A stretch of DNA of 63,459 nt, the filler included, from Asterionella formosa (taxonomy: Eukaryota): the NCBI GenBank assembly GCA_002256025.1. It is 6 parts of 6 records of this genome, joined end to end, with 100 filler letters (N's around TTAATTAATTAA, not from the genome) between each part and the next. Parts side by side here need not be neighbours in the genome. Positions count along the whole stretch, not along the records: positions 1 to 10,503 come from NKIB01009436.1; positions 10,604 to 21,102 come from NKIB01009443.1; 4 more parts are not named here. One strand, given 5' to 3'. A program made the translations under genes and the position numbers. Positions 1 to 11,480 of the stretch are shown here, in pieces (the stretch's first letter is position 1; the number at the start of each line of letters is the position of its first letter). The notes beneath the pieces are model-generated. The model was not told where the DNA came from. It searched no databases and saw only the letters and a list, made by a program, of their open reading frames with translations.

Positions 1-652
1 AACCATTGTACATCAAGTAGACATATACTATAATATTAGTAGCTGAAAACAACAATTGGTTTATAATTCGTGATTGATCTGTTTACAATAGGCGTATCAT
101 CATTGTCATGATGTTGCCACTACTACCGGTACCAAACCGGCAAACATCATGTTCCAAGAACATACCGGCACATGCTTGTAGAATGTAGAGCTACAAAAAA
201 CCATATTGTATACTGACATAAATTGAATTGTACCAGGGTGTGGTATTCCAGTACCAGTATGAATCGGTAGTTGATACCGGTATGTTACAGGGATGCATGA
301 TGTATGTACTACGTCGTACTCATATGTATAATGCATACCGATATTTACCACAGCTGTTTGCACTTCTGTACATTCATACTGGGAGATAAATGCATATAAA
401 ATAGGAGATTTCTGGAACAAGGAATCTTGAAACTCAAAATTGTGATTTGGGGGAAAAACCCCAATCGAAAACCCCCCAATCGTCAAAGTTTGGAAACTGG
501 TTTTTTCAGAAAAATTTTCTTCAAAATTAGATTCTGATAATAATGAAATTGATTGGCCAGCGCGAAACCGTTAGAAATTTCTAAATTTCTAAGTAATATT
601 ACCGGGGAGTCGAATATGCATGAGTGCTTGATGGCGCCGCATTCCATTTTTG

Positions 653-675
653 GCAAAATGACCACAACTTGCAGG
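653..675. mobile_element. Single terminal inverted repeat of the CCTGCAAG-ended MITE/DNA transposon family
   Basis: gcaaaatgaccacaacttgcagg followed by TA matches the right ends of the MITEs at 33724-33821 and 33921-34022. The internal flank differs and no partner end was found. Confidence 0.6.
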
Positions 676-810
676 TACAATGATCATACATACTTGAACC
701 AGTACTGGTAATACTCCTCTGGGAGTTCACGGAAACTCCAAATTACGAAAGTCACGTACAAAAACTGTATTTTTAATCTCAAATCAACCTCGCATCACGT
801 TTTCCAACAG

Positions 811-929
811 GACCGCAAAAGAATGCGAAGTTCGCAAAGCAAAGAGCGCAAAAGAAAGGAGCAAAACGTCACATATCCGGGCTTTCCCTTTCTTTTTCGA
901 ACTTGCAAACTTCGCGTTCTTTTAAGGTC
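811..929. repeat. Imperfect inverted repeat (~120 bp)
   Basis: gacc..aaaagaatgcgaagttcgcaa is the near reverse complement of ttgcaaacttcgcgttctttt..ggtc, and the aaaagaaagg/cctttctttt blocks also pair. Confidence 0.55.
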
Positions 930-2169
930 ATTTTGTTCGATCTCCCACAGTGTGTTACATATTTGCCATTATCCATAGTTTCAACATTGCACCATTGAAT
1001 TTTCCGGGTTACTATCCCCACTCTCTTCAATTTTCTAGTACTAAGCCTACGTCTGCAGTCTGTAGCGCTGCTGCTGACACCCTCCTCATTCACCATGTCC
1101 TCTTTGAACACTGCCTCTCCCTTCGCTCACTCCTCCTCCACTTTTATTCACGCTCAACTTGCTCTGTTAGCCCTGCCGGTCACTCCACAGCAAAAATCAT
1201 TCAAATCCGCCCACTCTATCCTGAGAAAAGCAATTTCGCCTGGTTTGCACACTTCTCACAGCGATTTCTTCACGCAAATGCTTATTCTTCTACCCATGAC
1301 ACCTTCCTGTCTCTCTCTACCACTTCCAACTCTCTCATATTCACCTGGAAGACCCTCAGTAGACCCTCCGGAAATCCCAAGGAACTGCTTTCCATCACAG
1401 CTGTCACCCACACTCTTTGCCATCGCTCAGCAGGCACCAAAGGCAGCAGCCAGGAATAACACTTTTTCCTCTGATCTTGCTACTTCATTGGCAATCTCGA
1501 CTCCTAATATACCATCAGATCCATCAGATCCATCAAGTACTTCAATTTACTTATTGTCTAAGTCTGTCCCCACTCCAATTTCAGCTGATTACACCCCAGA
1601 ACAAGTCAATGCCAGCACTATCAAGACCGGCCTCTCTCTTGTCAAGCAAATATATACTTCCATCCCTGCATTTCTTTTATCCTTTTTATTACCCCCCAAA
1701 GAAACATACTGCCTTGCACAAGCTTCAAGAATTCCTTTCGCTTTCAATCCATTTTGACTGCTGCATTTTATTTATCTGAATTTTGATACCTTCTTATCAA
1801 TTTACCATCCACAGCTCCCATGCTATTCTTCTATCTCTGACACCACGCATAAAATATCTACTCAAGTTTTCTCAAACCCTGCTTCAAAGCTAATTATCAG
1901 CTTCTGTTGTCCATTCTATCACCTTCTTGCTAGTATACTTATTTTATCCCTCACTCATTGCCAGATACTATCTCACTTATGTCCACTGTACTACTCTAAG
2001 AGTCACTTGGGCTCCTTGCCTGACTCACCCTATTTACACTCTTAAAAAAATATCTCCTCAGTCCTCTAAGAGCCGCATGGGATCCTTGCCTGGGATCCCG
2101 GAAGGGATGACTGGGTGGGGTTTTTCCTGCAGGACATTGGGGATATCCTGGCCAGGGATTAAGGAGTAG

Positions 2170-3830
2170 TTGCCACCAGCAGCATTTGACAAGAGAGATT
2201 GTGCATGATGGGTTGTGCTTGAAGGTGGAGGTAACAGAGCATTTCGTCAGAACGCCATCAGCCGACCAGTAGAATACAGTCCATATCAACATGGGCAAAG
2301 AGGAGGGCCTATAAGGAGCGCTCACTCACATCAGAGGGGAGAAAACCCAAGGAGCGGCCAAGGATGGTAGTGGATGCGTGGAGGGCGACCGTGATGTGAG
2401 AAGACAACATCATATGTGGAGCAGGCATGGGTGGTGACGCAATTCAGTGGGCTACTAGTGGGGGCAGCATGGTGAAGGCGGAGATGGGTAAGCCGACAAC
2501 ATATAGCCAAGGCAGGGCAGGCAAAGGGGTGGCCAATGACTTCACCACAAACCTGGAGATCCTGGAGAGGACACTGAAGAAGAAAGGCTAATCGGTGGTG
2601 GCCAATCCAGAGCTGAATCTCTTGCAGACGAAACAGCTGGCATTGATTTAAATCCGGATGGGGGAGGCCAGCATATTCCCCTGGCTGCATGAGGAAAAAA
2701 TATGCAATGATGGCCATGTCAATGGTAGCACATGGGGAACGCAGGCTACTGTGGTGGGCAATTGGTTTCACTCGGGTGGGTGGTGATTCTCATTTGGAGC
2801 ATTATTTTTGTTGTTGAAGGAGACGGAAATCTAACGAACCAAATTGGTTGACTCGAGGGTCCTTGGTACCCAAGCTGGCGTATGTCTTTGCAACCTGCTG
2901 ATTCTTGGCATCCTCAACTGTTTGAGCCCTGACCGGTCATTGAGAGGGGGCAAATGACGCCATAACGTTATCGGAAGGCAAAAATTTGTAAGATGGGAAT
3001 ATTATCGGGAAGGTCTGAAAGGAGGGGTCAAGGTTGAGGGTTGCGCCGAAGGTTAGCCATGTTCAACAGGCCATGCGGGATTGATGGTGAAAGACCCCAG
3101 GAGCCACCGCCTCCTGCACAGCACGGACGAGGTCAAGGCGGAGCACATGTCGGAGGTGAAATGGTGCAGTTGCCGAGAGGAGGTCTGAGGAAAATTTGAA
3201 TAAAATGTGAGAGCAGGGCATCATTGGTGAGATGGAAAGCTTGGCGAAAGAATACAATTTTTCCATAAAAGTATCAGAAAATGCATGAACTGTCAGTCAG
3301 GGGAGTTTGTGATCATTTCTGTGATGCAAAGTTTTTATTCGCGTAAAGAACACGCAGTGCATTGTTGAATGGCTGAAAGTATGTCAATAGTAAACTGTCA
3401 AATGACCTTATCAAGATTCCATAGAACTATGGACCATGACAATTAGTGCTTACATGAAACTCACTTCAAAATTGACATAGAGGAATTTGTTGCGTCTTGA
3501 AATGTTGTACCCTCTCCGAGAATACTGTTGCTCAAGTTTTCTCACCTACTTCTACAAAACATGGAAAACCTTATCTAGTCAAAGTTATCAAGCTAATCAC
3601 CGCGGACTCAACACCATCTCGTTTTTGGTCATATCTTCAAAACTGATGCAACAAGTAGGCACAGGCTGGTGCGGTAGTTGTGGAAGACCCTTTGTGTTGC
3701 CATGCCACCGCAGCAATGTTGTCGCTTCCACTTCTGTTGGTGAGTTCAGCAGTGGAGTAGGTGGTGCCAAGTATGTCTTGGTGCTTAATTGTGGCCGCAA
3801 GTTCCACCAGGTCAGAGTTGGTTACTAAGT
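2170..3830 (-). mobile_element. Degenerate DIRS/Ngaro tyrosine-recombinase retrotransposon (RNase H and YR remnants)
   Basis: Minus-strand frames give RNase H motifs (VTNSDLVELAATIKHQDIL; GSDNIAAVAWQHKGSSTTTAPACAYLL) and YR motifs (TYASLGTKDPRVNQFGSLDFRL..PPTRVKPI; IIAYFFLMQPGEY; G*WRSDEMLCYLHLQAQP). Stops and frameshifts are frequent. Confidence 0.8.
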
Positions 3831-4514
3831 GCCCAACCCAAGGCATCGCAGGCCCCAACGAAAGTAGGATCGGTGGGAATGAGTTCTCTGAGGCGGGCAG
3901 GGTGAGCATGGAGGGTGTCAAAGATGTGCTAGAAATCCTGCAAAAATTCCTGAACTGGTGGCGTAAGTTTTACCCTACTGGCGGTGCCAGATTGGAGGGC
4001 ATGCTGGAGCAGGTTGAAACAGACAAGTCAAATGAATCTTGTTTGTGTCTCCAAATTAGCCCAGTGATGACCTCTTTGGGTCTAGTCATGAACATGAATC
4101 AATCTTTACTCATATTTGAATCAATCTTTGAGTCTTGTCATGAACATGAGTCGATTTACTCATATATGACTTAGTTTTGTTTGTTTGGTTTGCTAAAAGT
4201 TAATTCTATAAGCTCACTTAATTTGGAAATACCAATAGAGTCAGATCTATCCAATAACATTCTCCTAAAATCACCATGATCCTTCGATCCACTGCCCAGC
4301 ACCTATGTTGCTGAGTATATATATCGAGATATATATTCTATTTTTCAATAAGTCGAACTCCTTTCAGGTTAATCTATCATGACTTCTCTTTCAAGTGGTT
4401 ACAAGCCCAAAACGCTTATACCTGCGCATTCTTCAGTTAGTTTCTCCTGCTCCTTTGTTCCCAGAGCAATTTTCTAAAACCAGTTCATTTTCTTGTCCCA
4501 CCAGCGACAGTGTC

Positions 4515-4770
4515 AAAATTCTTTCAGCAAACTTCATTGCTTTTTCTTTCATTGCTTGTTACCCGGTATTTCCCCTTGAGACAATCGCCCGGTCCTTTTT
4601 TTCTTCTCTCTTTCTTCTTTCAGCAAACTTCATTGCATTTTCTTCATTTTTACCCATTATTGCCCCTTGAGAAATTGCCTAGTACTTATTTTTCTTCTCT
4701 CTTTCTTTTCTTGCTTTATTATCCAGTATTGCCCACTGAGACAATTGCCCAGTCCTTTTTTACTTTTCTT
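4515..4770. repeat. Degenerate pyrimidine-rich tandem repeat
   Basis: ctttcagcaaacttcattgc occurs twice and ccc(t/a)(t/c)tgaga(c/a)a(a/t)t(c/t)gcc-like blocks three times, 70-100 bp apart. Confidence 0.5.
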
Positions 4771-4970
4771 CACTCTCTTCTTTTATTGCTGCTTTCTGAT
4801 CTTTCCCATGCACTCCCACTTCCTTTCAATGTCAGTATCCACTACTATTACTACTATTCTAAAACCTACTGAGAGCAAGCAAGTCTTGAAATATTACTAG
4901 AAATTATATGTAGCTAGTCATTCATGCCTAAAAATCTTCTTATATAATGCACTGCTATTTACAACAGTAA

Positions 4971-5062
4971 AAAATTTGTCTTTGTGTTGACCAAATTTGG
5001 TAAGCCTGGTAGGCACCTCACCATCAGGTTTACCAAATTTGGTCAACACAAAGACAAATTTT
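4971..5062. repeat. Perfect fold-back hairpin with 33-bp arms
   Basis: aaaatttgtctttgtgttgaccaaatttggtaa (4971-5003) is the exact reverse complement of 5030-5062. The stem extends inward with G-T pairs. Confidence 0.95.
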
Positions 5063-5759
5063 GGGGTCATGGGTACAACAATTTGTGTTATAATACACAT
5101 GATATAATAATTTTTTAATATCAGAGTGCGCCCAATATTTTTAAATTTCGAAGCGCGCCCAGTCTCTTACTACTTCCCCGGACCCATAGAGTGCAGGATA
5201 ATGTTTCAAAGGTCATCTGGTATGATTTCAAATACATTGTAACCCAATATTTACTGCACAGAATTATATTTACAAAATCATAAAACAATTTTTTGTCATA
5301 CATATCCAACGATTCTGATATATTCACTATGACAGACAGGGGACGAGGACTGTTACAAAAAAGCGATCCAGAAAATTCTGAAATCATGCAATGCTTTCGT
5401 GAAGATGCGTTTGACGCCTCTCAGTTTCATGATCCCAGCCGTCCATTCAATTCAGAGAGTATCAGGACCTCGCAGGATGGATGGGCAGCCAAATTTTCTC
5501 TCGATGCTTTTCATAACAGCATGACCAAATTAGTTGACCAAATTCAGATTGATAACTGAACTGGTGGTGAGTCCTTTCTTGTTTTTTTTCATTTGCAATG
5601 ATATTATGAATACTTCTTCTAACTTGGTTGTCTTCCTAACATAACAGGGCAGCGCATCCGTACTTCACTTGAGCCAAATACCAATGTCATGAATTCACCT
5701 GCAGCTGGTGGCAGTGGCGAACAGGTGAAAAAGCGGTGAAACACCTGATCGCTAAACAA

Positions 5760-6860
5760 ACATGGTCCAAGGTACTTCGAGCGAAAGCCCAGCTTTTAAA
5801 TACTGGAAAAAGCGTCAAAAGATGAAGCACGCAAACCAGGCCACTCACCCCGGATTACAAGCCATGCGAATCATTGCAGAAATAGCTGATCCTGATTGGG
5901 GATGTACCACAGAGCAGATTAGTATCAAGATTACGCTTGCAGAAACAGAGTTGAGATAGGCACTAAGAGATTCTTTGAACCTTCGAAAACAGAAAATTGA
6001 AAACAACATTGCAAATCTTCAATGACATAGATCAAGGGAACAATCTAAGCAAAAAACTGAAGATTCTTAATGCTATTCTCAATGCAAAAAACCAAGGAAA
6101 GTGTTCAAAGAATCAAACAGGTATGCAAACCTAGTTCAGCAGGAGGATTTATCTTTAACGTTATCATCCCAGTACAGGATACTTCTGTTAATACTTTGTC
6201 TTGGATGACAGAATTTGCTTTACTCAGATAAATTAGAGTCGGAAATACTGAAGCACTGTCATCAACAGGAAGGTGGCAGAGTCGCAATTCGGGCATGGCA
6301 CAATGCAGAAATGACTAGGATTTAATGTATTGTTACTGCTGAACAAAGTGCTGACCCTTTGAAGATGATATCTCCTAAGGGATTACAGATTACCCAAGAG
6401 AACCATTGCTATCAGCTGCATCAATGCTCTCAATTCTCCAGAAATGTGCCCAGTTGTGGCAAAACTTATTGTTTGCTTCAGTTGGAGCATTGGAGCTTAG
6501 CAAGTACTATTCTTATTACAAAGTCCAATGGTATTGGGATTCTCAAGGATACCCTAGGATGCAAGAATTTCGCACTCACTTGGACAATCTAGGGGTACAT
6601 GATTTTGGAGGCGGAACTTACCAATCGATGGGAATTTATTCAGGAACAGATCATATGAAGAGTCCAGTTAAAAATCAGCAGAGTATTCACGCATGAAAAA
6701 AGTGACCATTTTGCTACTCTTACTATGGCCCATTCTCAACAGCAAAGGAGGGATGTTAATTTGTCTCATTGTATGAGTTTGGACACCACAACAGACATAC
6801 TTGTTTCCTATCATCAGTCTAGAACAAATACAATTGAAGGATATACAAAAGTTCATCTGC
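5760..6860 (+). mobile_element. Degenerate Ambal-like non-LTR retrotransposon fragment
   Basis: AQLWQNLLFASVGALELSKYYSYYKVQWYWDSQGYPRM matches the post-YxDD block of diatom LINE RTs (compare AQFWEQLLYTTGGVLASLEKCF at ~13080). The upstream WS..KYWK.R segment also fits. Heavily interrupted. Confidence 0.55.
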
Positions 6861-7139
6861 AAATAGAAAACATCTTATTTGTGTGATGCACCTTGTGATG
6901 ACAATCATATGTTCATATAATTTCAATATATATTATGAAATATGTATAACAATTATTGTCATAAATTAAATAGAAAACTTTTTGGATTATGCTTATTGTA
7001 CAATTATATGTATAATATTCATTTTTGTTCCTGCGGTTAAGCTTCCTTGTAGAATGATGTACCAGCAAAAGTATTGGTTTATTTGTCATCATCATCACTA
7101 GCTCCGCTCTTCACTCCATCTTCAACACTCAAACAACGA

Positions 7140-7660
7140 CAATGATTTGATTGATTGTATTGTTTCTCAAATCTTTATGATGTGATTGTTGTGTCATGAT
7201 CATGTTTCATTGTAATTTTTTATTGTAAATGCGTGGTGATGATGATTCCACCAAGAATTGATGTGACAACCGAATGGTGCCACTGACTGCACATAGCATA
7301 GACAGTTGATGATCCAACAATGAATCGACACCAACAACTTGAATGTTTGTCCAATAACATCCATCGTACACTGTCGCTCAAGCATTCATGATGTGATTGT
7401 TGTTCTGACATTATCATGCCTTTCCATGATGAATCCCTCAACAATTAGTCTCACAACCAAAGGCTGTCATGCAAATCAATTTTTGCCAGTTCTTATTTAG
7501 CCGACAATGGACACAACATTGAATAACGATACAACACCAACCAATTCTCATTATCATGCCAAACGGTCTTGATTCTAGCGAGTTTTTGCAAACCTACTGT
7601 GATAGTTCCCTCAAGAATTCACCTGACAACCAAAGGATGCCATGCATATCATATGATAAC
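7140..7660. repeat. Degenerate ~175-185 bp tandem repeat, about 3 units
   Basis: A caa(g/c)aatt...acaacc(a/g)aa(gg/tgg)..g(c/t)ca block recurs at ~7251, ~7436 and ~7609. Confidence 0.5.
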
Positions 7661-7937
7661 AATATAAGAAGTTGTTGATACTTCAAAATTTTGCTTAATT
7701 GATAACTTTTGGAACATATCCTAGTATGTAAAAGGTTAGATCTAATGGAAATTTAACTCACAGACTAACTTACACTTACTCCATATGTTAACACATACAG
7801 TCAGATGGTAGCAGGTTAAAAAAATTGCCTGTGAATACAATACTGATAATCATATTGCATGTATATAAATCTTCATACTTTAATATTTTGTGAATCAAGT
7901 TAGTCTGGAGTTGATTGTTTTGATTCGTAAATATTTC

Positions 7938-8061
7938 CTACACTTTTCTTGTTGAGGCTTTTCAACCCCAACAGCAAGAGTAAGTCTACACTTGTTCTGT
8001 GGCCTTTTCAACCCCAACAGCAAGAGTAAGTCTACACTTGTTCTGTGGCCATTTCAACCCC
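7938..8061. repeat. 46-48 bp tandem duplication spanning the sulfotransferase stop codon
   Basis: Units start ctacactt at 7938, 7986 and 8032 and share tttcaacccca. The first two units also share acagcaagagtaagt. Confidence 0.85.
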
Positions 8062-10335
8062 AGCAGGATGACTATGAGCTTCAGCTGTGGGAGCATCTGC
8101 TTGTTGCTGGGGCTTTCCTGTAACAGCAGAAGGAGCTTGAGATTGAGCAGTGAGCAGGGCATTTGTTTGTTGCTGTGAGTTTTCAACACCAGCATGAAGC
8201 GTTTTGGTAGTATCTGTTTGCTGGTGGGGCTCTCTAATCTCATCAGAAAGGTCCTGGGCTTGACCTGTGGGACCACCTTTTTCTGGCATATCTTGATGTT
8301 CTTGCTGCCATTGCACATTCCTGTGTTGGTTGATAGCAGCTGAAGCTGGTTCATGAATTATCAACATATTCATGAATTCACCAGCAAGAGGAGTTTGCAA
8401 ATCACGTGGAGAGTTTGTTTCCATTCCATTGGATTGAGGAGGAGGAACTGTGGAGGTCGCCTCTGACCGGGGATTTGTCGCATTCCAAGCTTCTTTGGCT
8501 ATAGGTAAATGCTGATGCTTTGTCGGCAGTTGTGCACTACTGGCCAACGACCCTTGATTCTGATTTACGGTGAGCGATGAAGTGTCACTATGAGGTTCAT
8601 TTGATAAGTTGGTGATTTCCACTTTCGGGAGGTTGTGTGCAAATGGAAACGAGGGTAAAGAACCTTGAGAGCTACTAATTGTGCTGGTCTTTGATTCTTC
8701 ATCTCGGGGTAAGTCAAACCCATAGGCAGCGCCCGTGTTAGACTCCATTCCTCTAAGTGTAGTCCAATTTACTAGGTCCGCATTATTTTCCTGCCTGCTC
8801 ACTGACTCCCTATCAGAGAAGTCTCCCTGGGCATTAATATTGTCTGTTGCGCTACCAGCCTCATCACCAGGTGCGGCATACTTGTTGTTTGCTGCTTGTT
8901 CCCCATTGACCTTCTCACCAAGTGTCAGTAACGCCGCAGTCAAGGCTGTTGATGTGCTCGCTTCTTTGACCAAGTCTTTGGTTAAATGTGTTTCTGCCAA
9001 CTTTTCGACAAACTGTAACGGCAGAGCATCAAAATTCTTGGCTGGAATTTTCTTTTTGGTGCGTTTCGCCTTTGTCCTATTGCCGGGAACAAAGAGTGAA
9101 TTGACTCTATCCATATCAAATGGACTTCCCTTACGATTCAAGACACTCCACTGCTCCACGAAAAGTTCCTTAGCATACTCATAAAGTTCAATGTCCAGGT
9201 TGTTGATTTGCCGCAAGGCGTCATATTCTGCAGAATCCTTCTCAATCAACTGATGATTGTTTTTGTTGTGCCCGCCTTTCTTGTCCGTTGCTGCTAACAG
9301 GCACTCTTGTGCGTCATCCATGTCGGCCTCGTCAAGTTCCCATCCTAGATAATGCATAAGTCTTTGCGTAGATACTGTCATTTCTTCAGTCAGCAAGATC
9401 AAGAACTTACGGCGCAGTAATTCTTTTGCAAAAGCTAAATCATCCCTTGTTAAGTGGGGTTCAGCATTTTTTCCAGTCAACCAACGCGTCATCCAGTTGT
9501 TCGACGTATCCGGCATGGCTGCATAATCTAATAAAGTCATTTCCTTGTATTCGGGTCGGTAATGACGCTCCCAGTACGCGTTTTGTAAATAATAGAACGT
9601 ACTGATTGCTCGTTCAATAGGATCACGCAGCAAGGTAAAGAGGCGGCCCTTGTGCTCAGCGTCAAAGAGTGTTACCGCATGCAGGACACGAGAACTCACT
9701 ACAACGTCAGCTATTCCTGATGTTACCAGTCCCATCTTTTCGCTACGTTGAATTCCAAGATGATCAGAAGGATCTGCATTAACAAATGTCCCCAATTTGG
9801 TATGGCAAATGGATAATTCATCCGAATTCATGTCACAATAATCGGCAGCTGCTCTTGAAGCTTGGACTCGTTTGAGACAAGTTCCAATTATGTGTTTCAA
9901 TGTGGTTCCTCCACAGCGAGGAACTTGCCAATAGAATCCCATGGTTTTCTCTTGCGTCAAAACATCACTCACGTCCAAGAAATTATTGAACGGGTATTGA
10001 TTTACATGTTCGGTAGTTAATGTCAGTAATGATCTATGAAATTGAATATCATTCCACTGCTCAGTTGAACCAACCAACATTGCTGTTGTCGCTAGCATGA
10101 TCAATAAAGGCAGCAGAAGATACGTCGCTGTTTTGGTGCTGTCTTTTGCAACCTTATTCCCTGCAAACTCTTCGGGGATTGAATCCATCGACAGGCCGCG
10201 CGTGTGCACAAATCGATTGCGCCGTCGTCTTTCTTGTGTTTTCCCTCGAGAAATAGACGGTGTTGGGCTTGTTTCGGAAGAGGGTGAAGGGGAGAAATCA
10301 TCTCCTTCTTGGGGGTGCGAACGGTGTTTCATCAT
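8032..10335 (-). CDS. Golgi type II membrane carbohydrate sulfotransferase (Sulfotransfer_2 / HS2ST-like) with a long low-complexity C-terminal tail
   Basis: Intact 767-aa ORF with an N-terminal TM (YLLLPLLIMLATTAMLV), a 5'-PAPS motif (YWQVPRCGGTT), a 3'-PAPS motif (TLLRDPIERAISTFYY) and NNLDIELYEYAKELF. Confidence 0.85.
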   Translation of the reverse strand: MMKHRSHPQEGDDFSPSPSSETSPTPSISRGKTQERRRRNRFVHTRGLSMDSIPEEFAGNKVAKDSTKTATYLLLPLLIMLATTAMLVGSTEQWNDIQFHRSLLTLTTEHVNQYPFNNFLDVSDVLTQEKTMGFYWQVPRCGGTTLKHIIGTCLKRVQASRAAADYCDMNSDELSICHTKLGTFVNADPSDHLGIQRSEKMGLVTSGIADVVVSSRVLHAVTLFDAEHKGRLFTLLRDPIERAISTFYYLQNAYWERHYRPEYKEMTLLDYAAMPDTSNNWMTRWLTGKNAEPHLTRDDLAFAKELLRRKFLILLTEEMTVSTQRLMHYLGWELDEADMDDAQECLLAATDKKGGHNKNNHQLIEKDSAEYDALRQINNLDIELYEYAKELFVEQWSVLNRKGSPFDMDRVNSLFVPGNRTKAKRTKKKIPAKNFDALPLQFVEKLAETHLTKDLVKEASTSTALTAALLTLGEKVNGEQAANNKYAAPGDEAGSATDNINAQGDFSDRESVSRQENNADLVNWTTLRGMESNTGAAYGFDLPRDEESKTSTISSSQGSLPSFPFAHNLPKVEITNLSNEPHSDTSSLTVNQNQGSLASSAQLPTKHQHLPIAKEAWNATNPRSEATSTVPPPQSNGMETNSPRDLQTPLAGEFMNMLIIHEPASAAINQHRNVQWQQEHQDMPEKGGPTGQAQDLSDEIREPHQQTDTTKTLHAGVENSQQQTNALLTAQSQAPSAVTGKPQQQADAPTAEAHSHPAGVEMATEQV

Positions 10336-10503
10336 CGTGGTCGTCGTTTAGATTATTCTGCGTCTCGTCGGACGATTTGGCCGGTATCATCATTAGTCAT
10401 CAATAACATTTTTCTACTGCGTCATACATAAAAGTATACAAAGATTATACCGGCACAAGTATCCGATGTCAATTGGGTCATCAACAGTCATTTCTTGCAC
10501 TCG

Positions 10504-10603
10504 NNNNNNNNNNNNNNNNNNNNNNNNNNNNNNNNNNNNNNNNNNNNTTAATTAATTAANNNNNNNNNNNNNNNNNNNNNNNNNNNNNNNNNNNNNNNNN
10601 NNN
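10504..10603. other. Artificial contig linker (N44-TTAATTAATTAA-N44)
   Basis: N run with a six-frame stop spacer. Identical linkers recur in the window. Confidence 0.99.
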
Positions 10604-10857
10604 GACGCTTTATCAGGTCTTGAGATCAATGAAGTAATCGCATATCATGACAAAATGGCTTTCTTGTACCGAAAGCTTTTAGCAATGGGCTAGGTGTTAT
10701 CTGGATGGGACATGTAAAAATTGGAATCAGTAGTGAAATCTTCGCTTCAGTGGAGTTGAAATCCCCCATTCTCATCGAATAGTCAGGCTGTAGTTTCACA
10801 TTCAGCTCATTGTATCACACCCAAGTTTTGAGAGTGTAACTGAAACAGTAATCTACC

Positions 10858-11480
10858 TTGATACAACTAAACATAGAATGATATACTCGTCCTGCCTGTC
10901 CATGTCATCTCTGTGCCATCCTATTGAATCGTCCCCGCTTCTATAAACCAGAAGGTCCACACCAATGTTCCAATCATCTATTTGGTGCTCTCTAGCTAAC
11001 CGCCTTAGCCAGCTCCTTCACATTGGGTACCTCTGAGAACGCGAATGCCTTCATTTGCGTATTGTTGCATCTGTAGTTTCTTCCATTGTTCGACGCCAAC
11101 GCATGGACTTGTGGTTCCTTAAAATTCCTAATACCTTTGTATATGTTTAGATGCTTGCAACCTCCTACCTCTCCATGTAACACTTTGCATTCCTAATCAC
11201 CAATTTTGTTCAACTACATTTTGACTGTTCCTCCTCGAAAAAGAATAAATGACCATTCATTGTTAGTACAGTAGCTAGCTGCAGATGAATATAATGGGGG
11301 TATATATTTATTCTCATAATGAATACCATGTGCTTCTGAGGATTCGAATCCTAGCGATCAATCATTCCATAGATTTTACAATTGGTTCAAGGTCAAAAAA
11401 TTTCTTGTACACTTCCTCAAGAGTACGAGAAAGTCCTCCAAAGGGAAAAGAAAAATGTTTCTTTGAACTTGAATTTGAAT
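10858..11480 (-). pseudogene. AlkB-like 2OG-Fe(II) oxygenase gene fragment
   Basis: Reads YKGIRNFKEPQVHAL...KELAKAV, then a frameshift near 10995, then REHQIDDWNIGVDLLVYRSGDDSIGWHRDDMDRQDEYIILCLVV (AlkB-type Y..G.DSIGWHxD). A probable intron with a TACTAAC branch point lies at ~11235-11325. C-terminal H/R motifs are missing. Confidence 0.6.

Noticed and set aside
950..1779. Overlapping Ser/Pro/Leu-rich ORFs as a gene
   Set aside because: No recognisable domain. The pyrimidine-rich composition alone explains the open frames.
10548..10559. TTAATTAATTAA as a biological motif such as a piggyBac target
   Set aside because: It is embedded in N runs and repeated identically five times, so it is an assembly linker.
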